64,000 nt of DNA from Spirulina sp. (GCA_044070495.1 JBIPSI010000023.1:21321-85320); one strand, 5' to 3'. Positions 47,985 to 60,047 are shown, numbered from the stretch's first letter. Numbers and translations: made by a program. Notes: a model not told the origin generated them from the letters alone.

Positions 47985-48385
47985 GCTCATCCAGTCTAAG
48001 CCGCAGTGAAATAGATTGCTTTCGCGGATTCAACTGTTTGGCTCATGTTGGATCAATCCCCTGGCCGCAATGCATCATCGTCTTTACCCGTGCCCCGGTC
48101 GGATTCCTGACTCGATGGGCTGTGGTGCAGGGTTTCGCGGATGGCCTTGCGATCATGACCAATGCTAGCGCCCTTGCATTACCTTGGCGTTATATACGCC
48201 CACGGCTGCTGATACAATAGAGGATCTGGCTAAAAAGTTGCGCGAGTTTGGGGATTTCGGTTTAAATTTGGGCCAAGCTATTTTGGCCCTGGTTTGGGGC
48301 TGGCCCGTTTAGCGGATTGGCCAAGAGGGAAAAATCTCTGATCGCTCGGCCAAGTCGCATTTGCAGGGAGAGGAAGGCAAGAACT

Positions 48386-50209
48386 ATGGCGCTGATCGTA
48401 CAGAAATATGGGGGCACCTCCGTTGGCACCGTGGAGCGCATCCAGGCGGTGGCCCAGCGGGTGAAGGCCACGGTGGAATCGGGCAATAGCGTGGTAGTGG
48501 TGGTTTCGGCCATGGGCAAAACCACCGATGGCCTAGTGAAGCTGGCCACCGAAATTACCGATCAGCCCAGCCGCCGCGAGATGGACATGCTGCTCTCCAC
48601 CGGGGAACAGGTATCCATTGCCCTGCTGACCATGGCGCTGCACAGTCTGGGCCAAGATGCCATTTCTCTGACCGGGGCGCAGGTGGGCATTGTCACCGAA
48701 GCCGAACATACCCGTGCCCGCATCCTCACCATCAACCCGGAGCGGATGCAGCGCCACCTAGCCGAGGGCAAGGTGATTGTGGTGGCGGGCTTCCAGGGCA
48801 TTAGCCAAACCACCGATCTAGAAATTACCACCCTGGGACGAGGCGGTTCCGATACCTCGGCGGTGGCCCTAGCGGCGGCTCTGCAAGCGGACAAGTGCGA
48901 AATCTACACCGACGTACCGGGGATTCTCACCACCGACCCGCGTCTGGTGCCCGAAGCGCAACTGATGGAAGAAATTACCAGCGACGAAATGCTGGAACTG
49001 GCCAGCCTGGGGGCCAAGGTGCTGCACCCCCGCGCCGTGGAAATTGCCCGCAACTACGGCGTTACCCTGGTGGTGCGCTCTAGCTGGACGGACGAACCGG
49101 GTACCCGCGTGATTTCGCCCCAGCCCCAGCCCCGCCCCCTGGAAGGCTTGGAATTGGCGCACCCTGTGGATGCCGTAGAGTTTGACACCGACCAGGCCAA
49201 GGTCGCCCTGCTGCGGATTCCCGACCGTCCCGGCATTGCCGCCCGCCTGTTTGGCGAACTGGCCAACCAGGATCTCAACGTCGATCTGATCATCCAGTCC
49301 ATCCATGAGGGCAACACCAACGACATTGCCTTTACGATGGTGCGGGCCAACCTCAATCGGGCCGAAGCCGTGGCCGAAGCCATTGCCCCCGCCCTGCGCA
49401 GCAACCCCACCGACACCACCCAGGCCGAGGTGATGGTGGACACCAACATGGCCAAAATCAGCATCGCCGGGGCCGGAATGATTGGCCGTCCGGGGGTGGC
49501 CGCCAAAATGTTCTCCACCCTGGCCGAAGCGGGGATCAACATTCAGTTGATCTCGACCTCGGAAGTCAAAGTAAGCTGCACCATCGACACCGCCGACTGC
49601 GACCGCGCCATTGCCACCCTCTGCCAAGCCTTCGAGGTCACCTCCTCCCCTCGGCCTCAGTCGGCGTCAGATAATGCCTCTCTGGCCTCAACAAAGACGA
49701 CCCCGGTGGTGCGCGGTGCCGCCCTCGATACCAAACAAGCCCAGGTCGCCATTCGCCATGTGCCCGACCAACCCGGTATGGCGGCAAAAATCTTTCAGCT
49801 CTTGGCCAACAACGGCGTCAGCGTGGATATGATTATCCAGTCCCAGCGCTGCCGTTTGGTGAATGGCCAACCCACCCGCGACATCGCCTTCACCGTGGCC
49901 CAGGCCGATGCCCGCACCGCCAAAATCCTGATGGATCAAGCCGCCCAGGAGCTTGGTTTTGGGGAAGTGGTGGTGGACGAAGCCATCGCCAAGGTGAGCG
50001 TGGTTGGGATTGGCATGATCTACGCCCCCGGCGTGGCGGCTCGCATGTTTAAGGCACTTTCTGAACAGGGCATTAACCTGCAAATGATCGCCACCTCGGA
50101 AATCAAAATTAGCTGCGTGGTGGATGAAGCAGAAGGCGTCAAAGCGCTCCAGGCGGTCCACAGTGCCTTTGGCCTTGCAGGAACGAAAGCCGTCGTGGTT
50201 CCGGCTTAG
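48386..50209 (+). CDS. lysC: Aspartate kinase, cyanobacterial four-ACT type
   Basis: [29 protein letters not shown], duplicated ACT pairs with TSE.K.S. Confidence 0.96.
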   Translation: MALIVQKYGGTSVGTVERIQAVAQRVKATVESGNSVVVVVSAMGKTTDGLVKLATEITDQPSRREMDMLLSTGEQVSIALLTMALHSLGQDAISLTGAQVGIVTEAEHTRARILTINPERMQRHLAEGKVIVVAGFQGISQTTDLEITTLGRGGSDTSAVALAAALQADKCEIYTDVPGILTTDPRLVPEAQLMEEITSDEMLELASLGAKVLHPRAVEIARNYGVTLVVRSSWTDEPGTRVISPQPQPRPLEGLELAHPVDAVEFDTDQAKVALLRIPDRPGIAARLFGELANQDLNVDLIIQSIHEGNTNDIAFTMVRANLNRAEAVAEAIAPALRSNPTDTTQAEVMVDTNMAKISIAGAGMIGRPGVAAKMFSTLAEAGINIQLISTSEVKVSCTIDTADCDRAIATLCQAFEVTSSPRPQSASDNASLASTKTTPVVRGAALDTKQAQVAIRHVPDQPGMAAKIFQLLANNGVSVDMIIQSQRCRLVNGQPTRDIAFTVAQADARTAKILMDQAAQELGFGEVVVDEAIAKVSVVGIGMIYAPGVAARMFKALSEQGINLQMIATSEIKISCVVDEAEGVKALQAVHSAFGLAGTKAVVVPA

Positions 50210-50244
50210 TCCTGAGCCTTCGTTTCCCCGAGGGTGGTCTGGGT

Positions 50245-50387
50245 GGCATTTTCAGGCTAGATATTGTGGCGATGAGCTGCTGATACCATGCCTGGGATCG
50301 TTCAAGGGTAGTGTATTGAGAGAAACTCAAGAATGCCGCATCGGCTTCGGCCTTGGCTACGCTAGATATCTCTACCTAATAGGTCAT
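50245..50387 (-). pseudogene. parE: ParE/RelE toxin pseudogene
   Basis: MTY*VEISSVAKAEADAAFL.......S.AWY..L...I.SL.MP; TAG at codon 4 (50376-50378); 3' half missing; ATGA overlap with upstream antitoxin. Confidence 0.75.
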
Positions 50388-50638
50388 GGTTCTAAGGCAA
50401 GACCATATTTGCGATTTTGCTCTGTAACAAAGTCTTCCAGGCTAGAAAACTCACCCTGGGCAAAGTCATCGAGCCCCTTTTGAATGCCCTCTAAGGCTGC
50501 AAAAAAGTCGTCATCATCGAGACTCAACCCTAGTGACAGGAGAGCTAGAGCCGTATGATGCAAATCTTGCCCGGTGACAGCGGCCCGTTGATGCAGTAGA
50601 GCTTCGATATGAGGTGGTAAGTCAAGGGTTATCGACAT
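50384..50638 (-). CDS. Putative antitoxin partner of the ParE relic
   Basis: ITLDLPP.IEA.L..RA...G, EGIQKGLDDF..G...SLEDF. Confidence 0.75.
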   Translation of the reverse strand: MSITLDLPPHIEALLHQRAAVTGQDLHHTALALLSLGLSLDDDDFFAALEGIQKGLDDFAQGEFSSLEDFVTEQNRKYGLALEP

Positions 50639-50776
50639 GGGGACCCCAGGGCGTCGCTATGCTCATCATAGCAACGGTCATTCTCGCTTGCCCCCGGTAT
50701 AGCGTCTGTCCCCAGTATCAACAGACGATCAGATCTCACCCCTACGGTTTAGGAGGATTAGTCCCGGTTAGGAAAA

Positions 50777-53587
50777 TTAGTTCTGGGGATTGAGGCGGTT
50801 GGCAATGAGGGCCACCCCAATCATCGGCAGCGATACCCCCAGGCAGATCAGCCCTTGTTCGAGGGTGAGGGGGGCGGTTTTGAACAGGAAATTCATCACC
50901 CCCACCTGGCTAAACAGGATTTGGAACACCACGGCTACTAGAATGCCGTAGCCGATGGCCGACACATCCCCCAGGGGCACCTTCATGCCTTGCAGTCGGG
51001 CGGTTATTGAGGCCCAGAACTGGGTCATGCTGAGCAGGTAAATAATCCGTCCGGCGACGAGGGCTTGGATGGCCATGGTGCGGGCTAGGGCTAGCAGGCG
51101 TTGGTTGGCATCATCGCCGCTGAGGTTGGTAGGAATCCAGCCGAGGTCGAACCCGTAGCGACGTACGGCTTCAAATACCCCAAAAATCAAAATCCAGTTG
51201 AACACCGAAATCAGGGCGATCCGGTGCAGCAGGGGTTTTGACAGCAGCGCCTGGTTGGGGTTGCGGGGCGGACGGTTCATTAAATTAAAAGACTTCGGCT
51301 CGAAGGCGAGGGGCACGGTCATGGCAATAGAGTTGACCATGTTCAGCCACAGCACTTGCAGGGAGAGGATGGGCAGCACATCGCCCCGGCCCATCAGGAC
51401 GCTGAGCAGAATGGTCATGGATTCGCCGCCGTTGACGGGCAGGATGAAGGCAATGGCTTTCATCAGGTTGCGAAACACGTTGCGCCCTTCCTCCACCGCC
51501 GCTTTGATGGAGGCGAAGTTGTCGTCCGTGAGGATCATATCGGCGGCTTCCTTGGCCACTTCGGTACCCGCCTTGCCCATGGCGATGCCGATGTCCGCCT
51601 GCTTGAGGGCAGGGGCATCGTTGACGCCGTCCCCGGTCATGGCGACGATGTGGCCCTTGGCTTGCAGGGCTTCCACCAGGCGCAATTTCTGTTCGGGGGC
51701 CACCCGCGCAAACACGGAACCGTTTTGGACGGCGTTGGTCAGTTTGGTGGGGTCAAATTGGGCCAGTTCCTTTCCGGTGTAGGCGATCACTTGCTCGGTG
51801 GCGCTCAGACCCATGCGGTCGGCAATGGCGGCGGCGGTGACCTTGTGATCTCCGGTGATCATCTTCACCTCAATACCAGCGGTTTGGCAGGCTTCCACGG
51901 CGCGAATGGCTTCACAACGGGGCGGGTCGATCATCCCCTGCAAGCCCAGGAATACCATCTCGGTTTTCAGGTCGTCGTGGTCGAAATGGTGGCCGTGGAA
52001 GGCTTTTCCGGCAAAGGCCAACACCCGCAGCCCCCGTGAAGCCATGCGTTCGGCCTGGAGGACAACATGCTCCCGGTTGATCGGCTGGGCGGTGCCATCT
52101 CCCATCAGCACGGCATCGCAACGAGCTACGATGGCCTCCACGGAACCCTTCATCAACAGCCATTGCCCCTCACCGTCCTGCTGGTGCAGGGTGGCCATGT
52201 ACTGAAATTCCGACTCGAAGGGGATGCTGTCGATGCGGGGATAGCTGGCCTTGAGTTCCTGACGGTCAAACCCGGCCTTTCGCGCCGCCACCAGTAGCGC
52301 CCCCTCGGTGGGGTCGCCCACCACGCTCCAGTCGTGGTCTTTGTGCTCCAGTTCCGAATCGTTACACAGCATACCCGCCTGGAGGCACTGGGCCAGGGGC
52401 AGGGGCAGAGCCTCCGGCGGCACGGGGTTGTCTTCGCCATCGCGCAGTTCGCCGTGGGGGGCATAGCCCACGCCGGTTACGTCGTAGTGATGACCACCCG
52501 CGTAGAGGGTTTGGACGGTCATCTGGTTTTCGGTCAGGGTTCCGGTTTTGTCGGAACAGATCACCGTGGCGCTGCCCAGGGTTTCCACGGCGGGGAGTTT
52601 GCGGACGATGGCGTTGCGCTTGGCCATGCGCGATACCCCAATCGCCAGGGTAATCGTCACCACGGCGGGCAAGCCTTCGGGGATGGCGCTCACCGCCAGG
52701 GCCACGGCAGCTTCAAACATCTCCAGGGGCGAATTGCCCCAGCCCAGCCCCACCGCAAAGGTGACCGCCGCCACAGAAAGGATGGCGTAGAGCAGGGTTT
52801 TGCTGAAGCGATCAAACTTGCGAGTCAGGGGCGTGACGAGGGTGCCCCCCGCCTCCATCAGCTTGGAAATGCGCCCGGTTTCCGTACTCAGTCCGGTGGC
52901 GACGACGATGCCTTCCCCCTGGCCAAAGGTGACAAAACTCCCGGCGTAGGCCATGTTGTGGCGGTCGGCGAGGCTGGTATCCGCAGGCAGGGTATCCAAA
53001 TCCGGCTGCTTTTCCACGGCGACGGATTCCCCGGTTAGGGCCGATTCGTTAATTTGTAGCGTGCGCCCCCGCAACAGCCGCAGGTCGGCGGGCACCTTGT
53101 CGCCGGAATTCAGCAACACCACATCCCCCGGCACCAGCTTGCGGGACGACACCTGTTTGGTTTGGCCCTCCCGGCGCACCAGAGCCTCGGTTTCTACGGC
53201 GGCGGCCAGGGCAGCAATGGCGCTTTCGGCTTTGGATTCCTGAACAAACCCAATGATGGCGTTGATCACCGTCACGCCCCAAATCACCCCGGCATTCGTC
53301 CAAGATCCCAGCAGGGCCTTGATCAATCCAGCTATCAGCAAAATGTAGAGCAAGGGCTGATTGAACTGGAGCAGAAACAAAATAATCGGATGCTTGCCCT
53401 TTTTGCCCTTAATTTCGTTGGGGCCATAGCGCTCCAGCCGATCATGATACTCCTGCCGCGAAAGCCCCTGGTCGGGATCCACCCCCAACTGCTGGGTAAT
53501 GGCCTGGGCAGGTAGATGGTGCCACGCCAACTCCTCCACCCTGGGGCCAACGGACTGGGCAGACGATTGAGAAAGGGACTGCGCCAT
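50777..53587 (-). CDS. P-type IIA cation-transporting ATPase (PacL-like)
   Basis: [37 protein letters not shown]. Confidence 0.94.
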   Translation of the reverse strand: MAQSLSQSSAQSVGPRVEELAWHHLPAQAITQQLGVDPDQGLSRQEYHDRLERYGPNEIKGKKGKHPIILFLLQFNQPLLYILLIAGLIKALLGSWTNAGVIWGVTVINAIIGFVQESKAESAIAALAAAVETEALVRREGQTKQVSSRKLVPGDVVLLNSGDKVPADLRLLRGRTLQINESALTGESVAVEKQPDLDTLPADTSLADRHNMAYAGSFVTFGQGEGIVVATGLSTETGRISKLMEAGGTLVTPLTRKFDRFSKTLLYAILSVAAVTFAVGLGWGNSPLEMFEAAVALAVSAIPEGLPAVVTITLAIGVSRMAKRNAIVRKLPAVETLGSATVICSDKTGTLTENQMTVQTLYAGGHHYDVTGVGYAPHGELRDGEDNPVPPEALPLPLAQCLQAGMLCNDSELEHKDHDWSVVGDPTEGALLVAARKAGFDRQELKASYPRIDSIPFESEFQYMATLHQQDGEGQWLLMKGSVEAIVARCDAVLMGDGTAQPINREHVVLQAERMASRGLRVLAFAGKAFHGHHFDHDDLKTEMVFLGLQGMIDPPRCEAIRAVEACQTAGIEVKMITGDHKVTAAAIADRMGLSATEQVIAYTGKELAQFDPTKLTNAVQNGSVFARVAPEQKLRLVEALQAKGHIVAMTGDGVNDAPALKQADIGIAMGKAGTEVAKEAADMILTDDNFASIKAAVEEGRNVFRNLMKAIAFILPVNGGESMTILLSVLMGRGDVLPILSLQVLWLNMVNSIAMTVPLAFEPKSFNLMNRPPRNPNQALLSKPLLHRIALISVFNWILIFGVFEAVRRYGFDLGWIPTNLSGDDANQRLLALARTMAIQALVAGRIIYLLSMTQFWASITARLQGMKVPLGDVSAIGYGILVAVVFQILFSQVGVMNFLFKTAPLTLEQGLICLGVSLPMIGVALIANRLNPQN

Positions 53588-53698
53588 GGCACATCCTCCT
53601 ACATAACAAACAAATCGGAATTGGCCAACCCGTGAAAAATCGTTTTTCAACAGTCTAGGTAGTGGCTCAGGTGAGGGTTTGAGTCGGCATCGCAGAGG

Positions 53699-53720
53699 GT
53701 AGGGTAGGCATCCTGCCTGC
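53699..53720 (+). repeat. GTAG-type REP
   Basis: Identical 22-mer to 24965-24986. Confidence 0.8.
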
Positions 53721-53918
53721 CCCAGGGGTAATCAAGCGGACTGTCCTCAATGGGGCGCATTACGGCAAGGGTTAGACCAGCCTTTAGACGCTACCGAATC
53801 GGTCGCCTAGGTCATCTCTATAGTAAGGAGGAATTTGTGGGCCAAGGGCCAAGGTTTACGGAGGATTAAGGGGTTTGGGAACCGATGTAGGCTATCTTAA
53901 CAATCGTTGGGGCAGGAG

Positions 53919-55271
53919 ATGGCTATGGTTCAAGACACAGCCCAAGCATCGCTACAGGGGTTGCTAGAAAGCGGGCGTTTTGACGACGTGCGGGCCATGC
54001 TGATTCCCATGCAGCCCGCCGACGTGGCCGAAATGATTGACGAACTGCCCGATACCTTTCAGGCGGTGGCCTTTCGGCTGTTGCCCAAGGACGAGGCGAT
54101 TGAGGTTTACGAGTACCTGCCCAGTCGGGTACAGCAGGCGTTATTAACAGAGTTTCGGCACCCAGAGGTGTTGGAAATTGTAGATCGGATGTCGCCGGAC
54201 GACCGGGCGCGATTGTTCGATGAGCTTCCAGCAAAAGTGGTGCGTCGGCTGTTGGTGGATATGAGCCCCGCCGAACGCAACGCCACCGCCCTGCTGCTGG
54301 GCTACCCCGACGAAAGCGCCGGACGAATCATGACCTCCGAGTTCGTCACCCTGCGGGGCAGTCTCACCGCCGCCCAAGCGCTGGATCGTATTCGTCGCCT
54401 TGCCCGCAGTTCCGAAACCATCTATACCCTCTATGTCACCGATAACTTTCGGCACCTGCTGGGCACCCTCTCCCTGCGGGATTTGGTGCTGGCCCAACCC
54501 GACCAACTGATCGAGGAGATCATGACCCAGGAGGTGGTGTTTGTGAAGACCGACACCGACCAGGAAGAAGCCGCCCTGCTGATTCAGCACTACGACTTTT
54601 TGGCCCTGCCCGTGGTAGATAGCGAATTACGGCTGGTGGGCATCGTCACCATCGACGACCTGATGGACGTGATTGAGGCGGAGGTGACCGAAGACATCTA
54701 TACCGCCGGGGGGGTGCAATCCGCCGGGGATGACTATTTCCAAACCAACCTGATCACCGTGGCCCGCAAGCGGGTGGTGTGGCTGCTGGTGCTGCTGGTC
54801 ACCAATACCGCCACCAGTGCGGTAATCAAGGGCCAGGAAGACCTGTTGCAGCAGGTGGTGATCCTAACCGCCTTTATCCCGCTGCTGATTGGGGCCGGGG
54901 GGAACGTCGGTGCCCAGTCCTCCACCGTGGTCATTCGCGGCCTCAACACCGAAGATGTACAACCCTCCGATATGGCCTATATCGTTGGACGAGAGACCCT
55001 GGCGGGGCTGTTGTTGGGGCTGCTGCTGGGCAGTGCCGTCACCCTCTGGGCCTTCTTCTTAGAGGGCGATCTGGGCGTTGCGCTGTCGGTGGGCCTCAGC
55101 CTGATCGCCATTTCCCTCATCGCCACCTTCGCCGGAGCCGCCCTTCCCTTTCTGTTCAAAGCCCTCAAGTTTGACCCAGCCCTGATGTCCGCCCCCTTCA
55201 TCACCACCGCCGTAGATGTGCTGGGGGTGCTGATTTACCTCAACATTGCCCGTCTTATTTTGGGTATTTAA
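53919..55271 (+). CDS. mgtE: Magnesium transporter MgtE, copy 1
   Basis: MgtE N domain, CBS pair, GGNVG.QS, DPALMSAPFITTAVD. Confidence 0.95.
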   Translation: MAMVQDTAQASLQGLLESGRFDDVRAMLIPMQPADVAEMIDELPDTFQAVAFRLLPKDEAIEVYEYLPSRVQQALLTEFRHPEVLEIVDRMSPDDRARLFDELPAKVVRRLLVDMSPAERNATALLLGYPDESAGRIMTSEFVTLRGSLTAAQALDRIRRLARSSETIYTLYVTDNFRHLLGTLSLRDLVLAQPDQLIEEIMTQEVVFVKTDTDQEEAALLIQHYDFLALPVVDSELRLVGIVTIDDLMDVIEAEVTEDIYTAGGVQSAGDDYFQTNLITVARKRVVWLLVLLVTNTATSAVIKGQEDLLQQVVILTAFIPLLIGAGGNVGAQSSTVVIRGLNTEDVQPSDMAYIVGRETLAGLLLGLLLGSAVTLWAFFLEGDLGVALSVGLSLIAISLIATFAGAALPFLFKALKFDPALMSAPFITTAVDVLGVLIYLNIARLILGI

Positions 55272-55277
55272 AGTCCC

Positions 55278-56618
55278 ATGCTAGACACCACCCAAACCAT
55301 CCAAACCCAGCTTGCGGCCAACCAATATGAGGCCGTTCGTGCCCAGTTGGCCCCCATGCAGCCTGCCGACGTGGCGGAAATCATCGACGACCTACCCAAT
55401 ACCTACCAAGCCGTAGCCTTTCGGCTGTTGCCCAAGGATGAGGCTATCGAGGTCTACGAACACCTGCCTCGGCGGGTGCAGGAGGCACTGCTGACAGAAT
55501 TTCGACAGCCGGAGGTGCTGGAGATTATTGATCAGATGTCTCCCGATGATCGGGCCGAGCTATTTGAGGAACTGCCTGCTAAGGTGGTGAACCGCCTGCT
55601 GCAAGAACTTAGCCCCGATGAACGGGAGGCCACCGCCCTGCTGCTGGGCTACCCCGCCGACAGCGCCGGACGGATCATGACCTCGGAGTTTGTCACCCTG
55701 CGGCAGGGTTGGACGGCCCAGCAGGTCATCGAACACATTCGCCAGGTGGCCCGCCGTTCCGAAACCATCTACACCCTCTACGTCACCGACGACTCCCGCC
55801 ACCTGCTGGGAGCCTTTTCTCTGCGGGATTTGGTCGTGGCCCCCCTCGATCAGCCCGTGCGGGAGATCATGAACTCGGACGTGATCTACGTCTACACCGA
55901 AACCGACCAGGAGGAAGCGGCCCGCCTGATCCAGCGTTACGACTTCATCGCCCTACCCGTGGTAGATAGCGAACGGCGGCTGGTGGGCATCGTCACCGTG
56001 GACGATCTGATGGACGTGATTGAAGCGGAAGTCACCGAAGACATCTACACCGCCGGGGGGGTGCAGCCTGCCAAGGACGACTACTTCCACGTCAACCTGT
56101 GGACGGTGGTGCGGCGGCGGGTGGTGTGGCTGCTGGTGCTGCTGGTAACGAATACGGCCACCAGTGCGGTGATCAAAGGCCAGGAGGATGTGCTGACCCA
56201 GGTGGTGGTGCTGGCGGCGTTCATTCCGCTGCTGATCGACGCCGGAGGCAACGTCGGTGCCCAGTCCTCCACCGTGGTGATTCGCGGTCTCAATACCGAA
56301 GACCTGCGCATCTCTGCCATGGTACGCATCATCCGCCGAGAAACCCTGGCCGGAGGGCTGCTGGGGCTGTTGTTGGGGGTAGCCGTCACCCTCTGGGCCT
56401 ACCTGCTCCAGGGTGATTGGGGTGTGGCCCTGGCGGTGGGCATCAGTTTGATCGCCATTTCCCTCATCGCCTCCTTTGCCGGAGCCGCCCTACCCTTCCT
56501 GTTCAAAGCCCTCAAGTTTGACCCGGCCCTCATGTCGGCCCCATTCATTACCACCGCCGTAGATGTGCTGGGGGTACTGATTTACCTCAACATCGCCCGT
56601 GTAATCTTGGGGATTTAG
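55278..56618 (+). CDS. mgtE: Magnesium transporter MgtE, copy 2
   Basis: Same architecture, collinear with copy 1, 6-nt spacer. Confidence 0.95.
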   Translation: MLDTTQTIQTQLAANQYEAVRAQLAPMQPADVAEIIDDLPNTYQAVAFRLLPKDEAIEVYEHLPRRVQEALLTEFRQPEVLEIIDQMSPDDRAELFEELPAKVVNRLLQELSPDEREATALLLGYPADSAGRIMTSEFVTLRQGWTAQQVIEHIRQVARRSETIYTLYVTDDSRHLLGAFSLRDLVVAPLDQPVREIMNSDVIYVYTETDQEEAARLIQRYDFIALPVVDSERRLVGIVTVDDLMDVIEAEVTEDIYTAGGVQPAKDDYFHVNLWTVVRRRVVWLLVLLVTNTATSAVIKGQEDVLTQVVVLAAFIPLLIDAGGNVGAQSSTVVIRGLNTEDLRISAMVRIIRRETLAGGLLGLLLGVAVTLWAYLLQGDWGVALAVGISLIAISLIASFAGAALPFLFKALKFDPALMSAPFITTAVDVLGVLIYLNIARVILGI

Positions 56619-56623
56619 ACCCA

Positions 56624-56655
56624 GTAGGTTAGGTGCAGCGAAGCGGGACTCAACA
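56624..56655 (+). repeat. Degenerate GTAG-type REP
   Basis: GTAGGTTAGGTGCAGCGAAGCGGGACTCAACA. Confidence 0.4.
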
Positions 56656-56789
56656 ACCGTGAACCTATGGGCGTAATCTGACCAACAGACTGGGTACACT
56701 AATCTTAGAAGACTTTCCCAGAGATGTACCCAGATTCCCATGCAATCGAAGTCTGAACTGCAAACCATCCTCAAGGATCGGTATGACCT

Positions 56790-57113
56790 TTGAGCGCGCT
56801 GATCATGAGCATCGCCGCCACGCCAGTCACCGTCAGTTTCGACAAAACCCAGGCCCAAATTACGGTTTTACAGAAATGGATTTTAGGTCACGAGCAGAAA
56901 TGCTGCTCCTTTGAAGACCTAGATCGCATCGTTGTGGAGCGAATTCTGGTGGGAAATTCGCGTCACAATCGCGAACCAACCCTACGATACGCCCTGTTCA
57001 TCGTCTTGAAATCGGGGGATCCGATCTTGAGATACGACTACTTTCAACGTCCCCCCGCCGACCACATCGCCAACGCTATCCGGCAGTTTCTCAGCAGCCC
57101 GCAGATAGGGTAG
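56790..57113 (+). CDS. Hypothetical protein, possibly 5'-truncated
   Basis: Protein-like composition ending IANAIRQFL, but weak TTG start and no clear RBS. Confidence 0.45.
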   Translation: MSALIMSIAATPVTVSFDKTQAQITVLQKWILGHEQKCCSFEDLDRIVVERILVGNSRHNREPTLRYALFIVLKSGDPILRYDYFQRPPADHIANAIRQFLSSPQIG

Positions 57114-57502
57114 GACAACGCACAAAAGGCATTGTCCAAGGCATGCCACAGATTCCCCAACCGGGGGGCGTGCCCGTTGTGGTGAGTCCGTGCTAGCAAT
57201 TCCTCTGTCCCAAGCGGTTAAAACGTCTTGGCACTGTGGTCATCCCAGGATTTTCCGGCGTTGCGTCAGTTGGCACCCCGACGTTGGGCCGAAATTGCGA
57301 AGGGATAACCTTCGCCCTTCCCCTTGACGAAAAGGGCTTGAAGTAGGATTTATTATGAGTAGATCTTCCTGACTGGTTCGGTTGACCCTACGCTAAAAGT
57401 TGGGGTCGAATCGGTTAAGGGGAGTTTAGTATAGAGGAACGTGGCCCTGCCTAGGGGCTACTGTCCCTAGTTGACTGGTTGTTTTACCTACGGCTGATCT
57501 CC

Positions 57503-58156
57503 ATGACTTCCTACGCCACTTCCACTGCCCGCGCCGACATGGGCGAGTTGCGCCGGTTACGCAGCCTGCTGCCCCCTGAGCTACAAAGCTGGGTCACGGT
57601 GGAGTCGGCCATTGATGTGAGTCCACCGTTGATTACCTGCGAAGAGTTAGGTAAAGATCAAGTCGAGATTCAGATTGACCTGGTGAAGTGGGAACAATTG
57701 GCCTTAGACCAGCGCAATCTGCTCTTTTGGCATGAGGTAGGCCGCATTCAAAACGACACAATTCCCCGTGATGGCTGGGAAATGGCGGCCCTAGCGATTG
57801 GCCTAGGGGGAGCCGTTGGTGAGCTTTGGGTGCAGGACGGGTTACTGCTGATGTTGGCCCTGGGGCTATGCGGGTTTTCGGGCTGGCGACTGTACAAGCG
57901 CAACAACAACCAAAAGACCCTCCAAGAGAGCATCAATGCCGACGAACGAGCCATTGCCATTGCCACCCGCTTTGGCTACACCCTACCCAATGCCTACAAG
58001 AGCCTGGGCAGTGCCCTCAAAACCCTGATTGAGCAAACCCCCAAAAAGCGCCAGCGAGATCGCTATATCAAGCGCCTAGAGGCCCTGAAAAAGAGTGCCG
58101 CCAAGGCCAAGGAACGCGCCCGTAACGAGCGAGGGGATTTGCGTTCGGCCTATTAA
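57503..58156 (+). CDS. DUF3318-family protein
   Basis: MTSY.TS.A.A...ELRRL..LLPPELQSWV, QRNLLFWHEV.RIQN. Confidence 0.85.
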   Translation: MTSYATSTARADMGELRRLRSLLPPELQSWVTVESAIDVSPPLITCEELGKDQVEIQIDLVKWEQLALDQRNLLFWHEVGRIQNDTIPRDGWEMAALAIGLGGAVGELWVQDGLLLMLALGLCGFSGWRLYKRNNNQKTLQESINADERAIAIATRFGYTLPNAYKSLGSALKTLIEQTPKKRQRDRYIKRLEALKKSAAKAKERARNERGDLRSAY

Positions 58157-58191
58157 GGTGATCCCTGGAACCTCTGTAGCTTTCCTGATTG

Positions 58192-58221
58192 TGCCGCAGT
58201 CGAATCTTTTTCGCTGCGGCA
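58192..58221 (+). terminator. Possible intrinsic terminator hairpin
   Basis: TGCCGCAG...CTGCGGCA stem downstream of the DUF3318 gene; weak U-tract. Confidence 0.35.
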
Positions 58222-58706
58222 TTTCGCTGTGTTTTGGGGTCGGTAAGGCGTTGATAGGCCAAGACTTGCTGAAGATCTCAGTAAATCTGCGATGGGATTA
58301 CACTCAATCCGCCATTTCGCTGAAATTGGCGATCTCAAAGTCAGGTGATCCCACCTACCCATGACCAGGTGCCGCCTGGGTATGCTGAGACAACGATGGT
58401 AACGCCTCCTGCCTAAAAGCAGTGGCAACTTACCATCGACCTTTGGAGTCTACGGAGTCAATCCCTGAAGACATTGTGAACTCAGATCTTCTTGTCTTCA
58501 AGACTTGATAAACCTACCCGTGCCCAGCGTGATTTTCATTGATCCCTGTTCATCAATGGAGATACTACCCCCCAAACCTACGGGTTGGGCGAGGAGCAGG
58601 CCTAGGGTTCTCCAAAGGTTGAAGATCTAGGGCAGGTTGAGTGCTAGCCGATAGCACTTTTCTCCGACCTAGCCAGGCTATATTCAATTGTTGAGGCGGG
58701 CCTCCT

Positions 58707-59990
58707 ATGCGAATTTTGATTTACTCCTACAACTACTATCCTGAGCCCATCGGCATTGCGCCACTCATGACGGAGTTAGCGGAGGGGTTAGTCGCTAGGG
58801 GCCACCAGGTGCGGGTAATTACCGCCATGCCCAATTATCCAGAACGCCGAATTTACGAAGAATATCGGGGTCGCCTATACAAAACGGAAGTCCGTAACGG
58901 TGTTCAGATTCAGCGCTGCTTTGTGATGACGCCCAAGCAGGCGGGCTTGATGGGACGCTTTGCCCTAGAACTGAGTTTTATCACCCTTAGCTTCACCCAA
59001 GCCCTGCGCGGGTGGCGGCCCGATGTGATTCTAAACACCAGTCCTTCTCTGCCAGCCTGCATTCCCGTAGCCCTTCTAAAAAGCTGGTTCCGCTGTCCCA
59101 GCGTGCTCAGTTTGCAGGATATTCTGCCAGAGGCCGCCATCCAAACGGGGTTGATCAAAAATCCCCTGGCCATTCGGGTGTTTGAAGCCCTAGAATCCTT
59201 CTCCTATCGCAGCGCCACCCAAATCAGCGTCATTGCCAGCGGCTTTCGAGACAACCTGCTGAGCAAAGGGGTGCCCAACTCCAAAATGGTTTCTATTTCC
59301 AATTGGGTGGATGTCGATTTCATCGCTCCCCAGCCCAGGGAAACCAGCCAGTTTCGCCAGCGCCACCACCTGCAAGATAAGTTTGTGGTGCTCTACACTG
59401 GCAACATCGCCGAGACCCAGGGTATTGATAACGCCATTCAATCGGCCCAAACCCTGGCCGCCTATCCCGATATCCAACTGGTCATCGTCGGTGAAGGGAA
59501 AAAACTAGCCCGCCTTGAGGAACTGCGCCAGCAATTGGGTTTAACCAACGTTCTGCTGCTGCCCTTCGTGCCCAGGGAAGAACTGCCCGATATGTTGGCC
59601 GCCGCCGATGTGGCACTGATCATGCAGAAGCGGGGTGTTGTTGGGTTTAACATGCCCTCCAAAACCCAAGTGCTCTTGGCCAGCGGTCGCCCCATTATTG
59701 CCTCGGTGCCCCAGCATGGCACATCGGCCCAAGCGATTCGAGCCAGCGGCGGTGGTTTAGTGGTAGCCCCCGAAGATCCCCAGGCCCTAGCCCAAGGCAT
59801 TCTTCAGCTCTATCACAACCCGCGTCAGGCTCAACAACTTGCCTACCAAGGTCGTCGCTACGCCCTAGAGCATTACGCCTTCAACCGTGCCCTAGATCGC
59901 TACGAAGACCTGTTCTATAGCCTGGTGACCCCTCAGCCCACCATCGCGCAACCGACCGAAGTCCTAGCCTTCAGCTTGGTTCAGAAGTAG
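58707..59990 (+). CDS. GT4 glycosyltransferase (WcaI-like)
   Basis: NYYPEPIGI, MPNYP, LQDILPE, NWVD, LYTGNI...QG, MPSK. Confidence 0.9.
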   Translation: MRILIYSYNYYPEPIGIAPLMTELAEGLVARGHQVRVITAMPNYPERRIYEEYRGRLYKTEVRNGVQIQRCFVMTPKQAGLMGRFALELSFITLSFTQALRGWRPDVILNTSPSLPACIPVALLKSWFRCPSVLSLQDILPEAAIQTGLIKNPLAIRVFEALESFSYRSATQISVIASGFRDNLLSKGVPNSKMVSISNWVDVDFIAPQPRETSQFRQRHHLQDKFVVLYTGNIAETQGIDNAIQSAQTLAAYPDIQLVIVGEGKKLARLEELRQQLGLTNVLLLPFVPREELPDMLAAADVALIMQKRGVVGFNMPSKTQVLLASGRPIIASVPQHGTSAQAIRASGGGLVVAPEDPQALAQGILQLYHNPRQAQQLAYQGRRYALEHYAFNRALDRYEDLFYSLVTPQPTIAQPTEVLAFSLVQK

Positions 59991-60047
59991 TTTTGCATCC
60001 GCCCGCGACCTACGGACTAGCGCCCCGTAGGATGCTAGGGCCACCTT

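Noticed and set aside
47990..48385. Lysine riboswitch upstream of lysC
   Set aside because: No recognisable L-box sequence or helix pattern.
56740..56793. Short ORF MQSKSELQTILKDRYDL as a gene remnant
   Set aside because: Too short to support without a database search.
58157..58706. Small ORFs or ncRNA in the 550-bp gap before the GT4 gene
   Set aside because: The ORFs lack RBS and recognisable features, and no RNA motif was recognised; likely a long promoter or leader.
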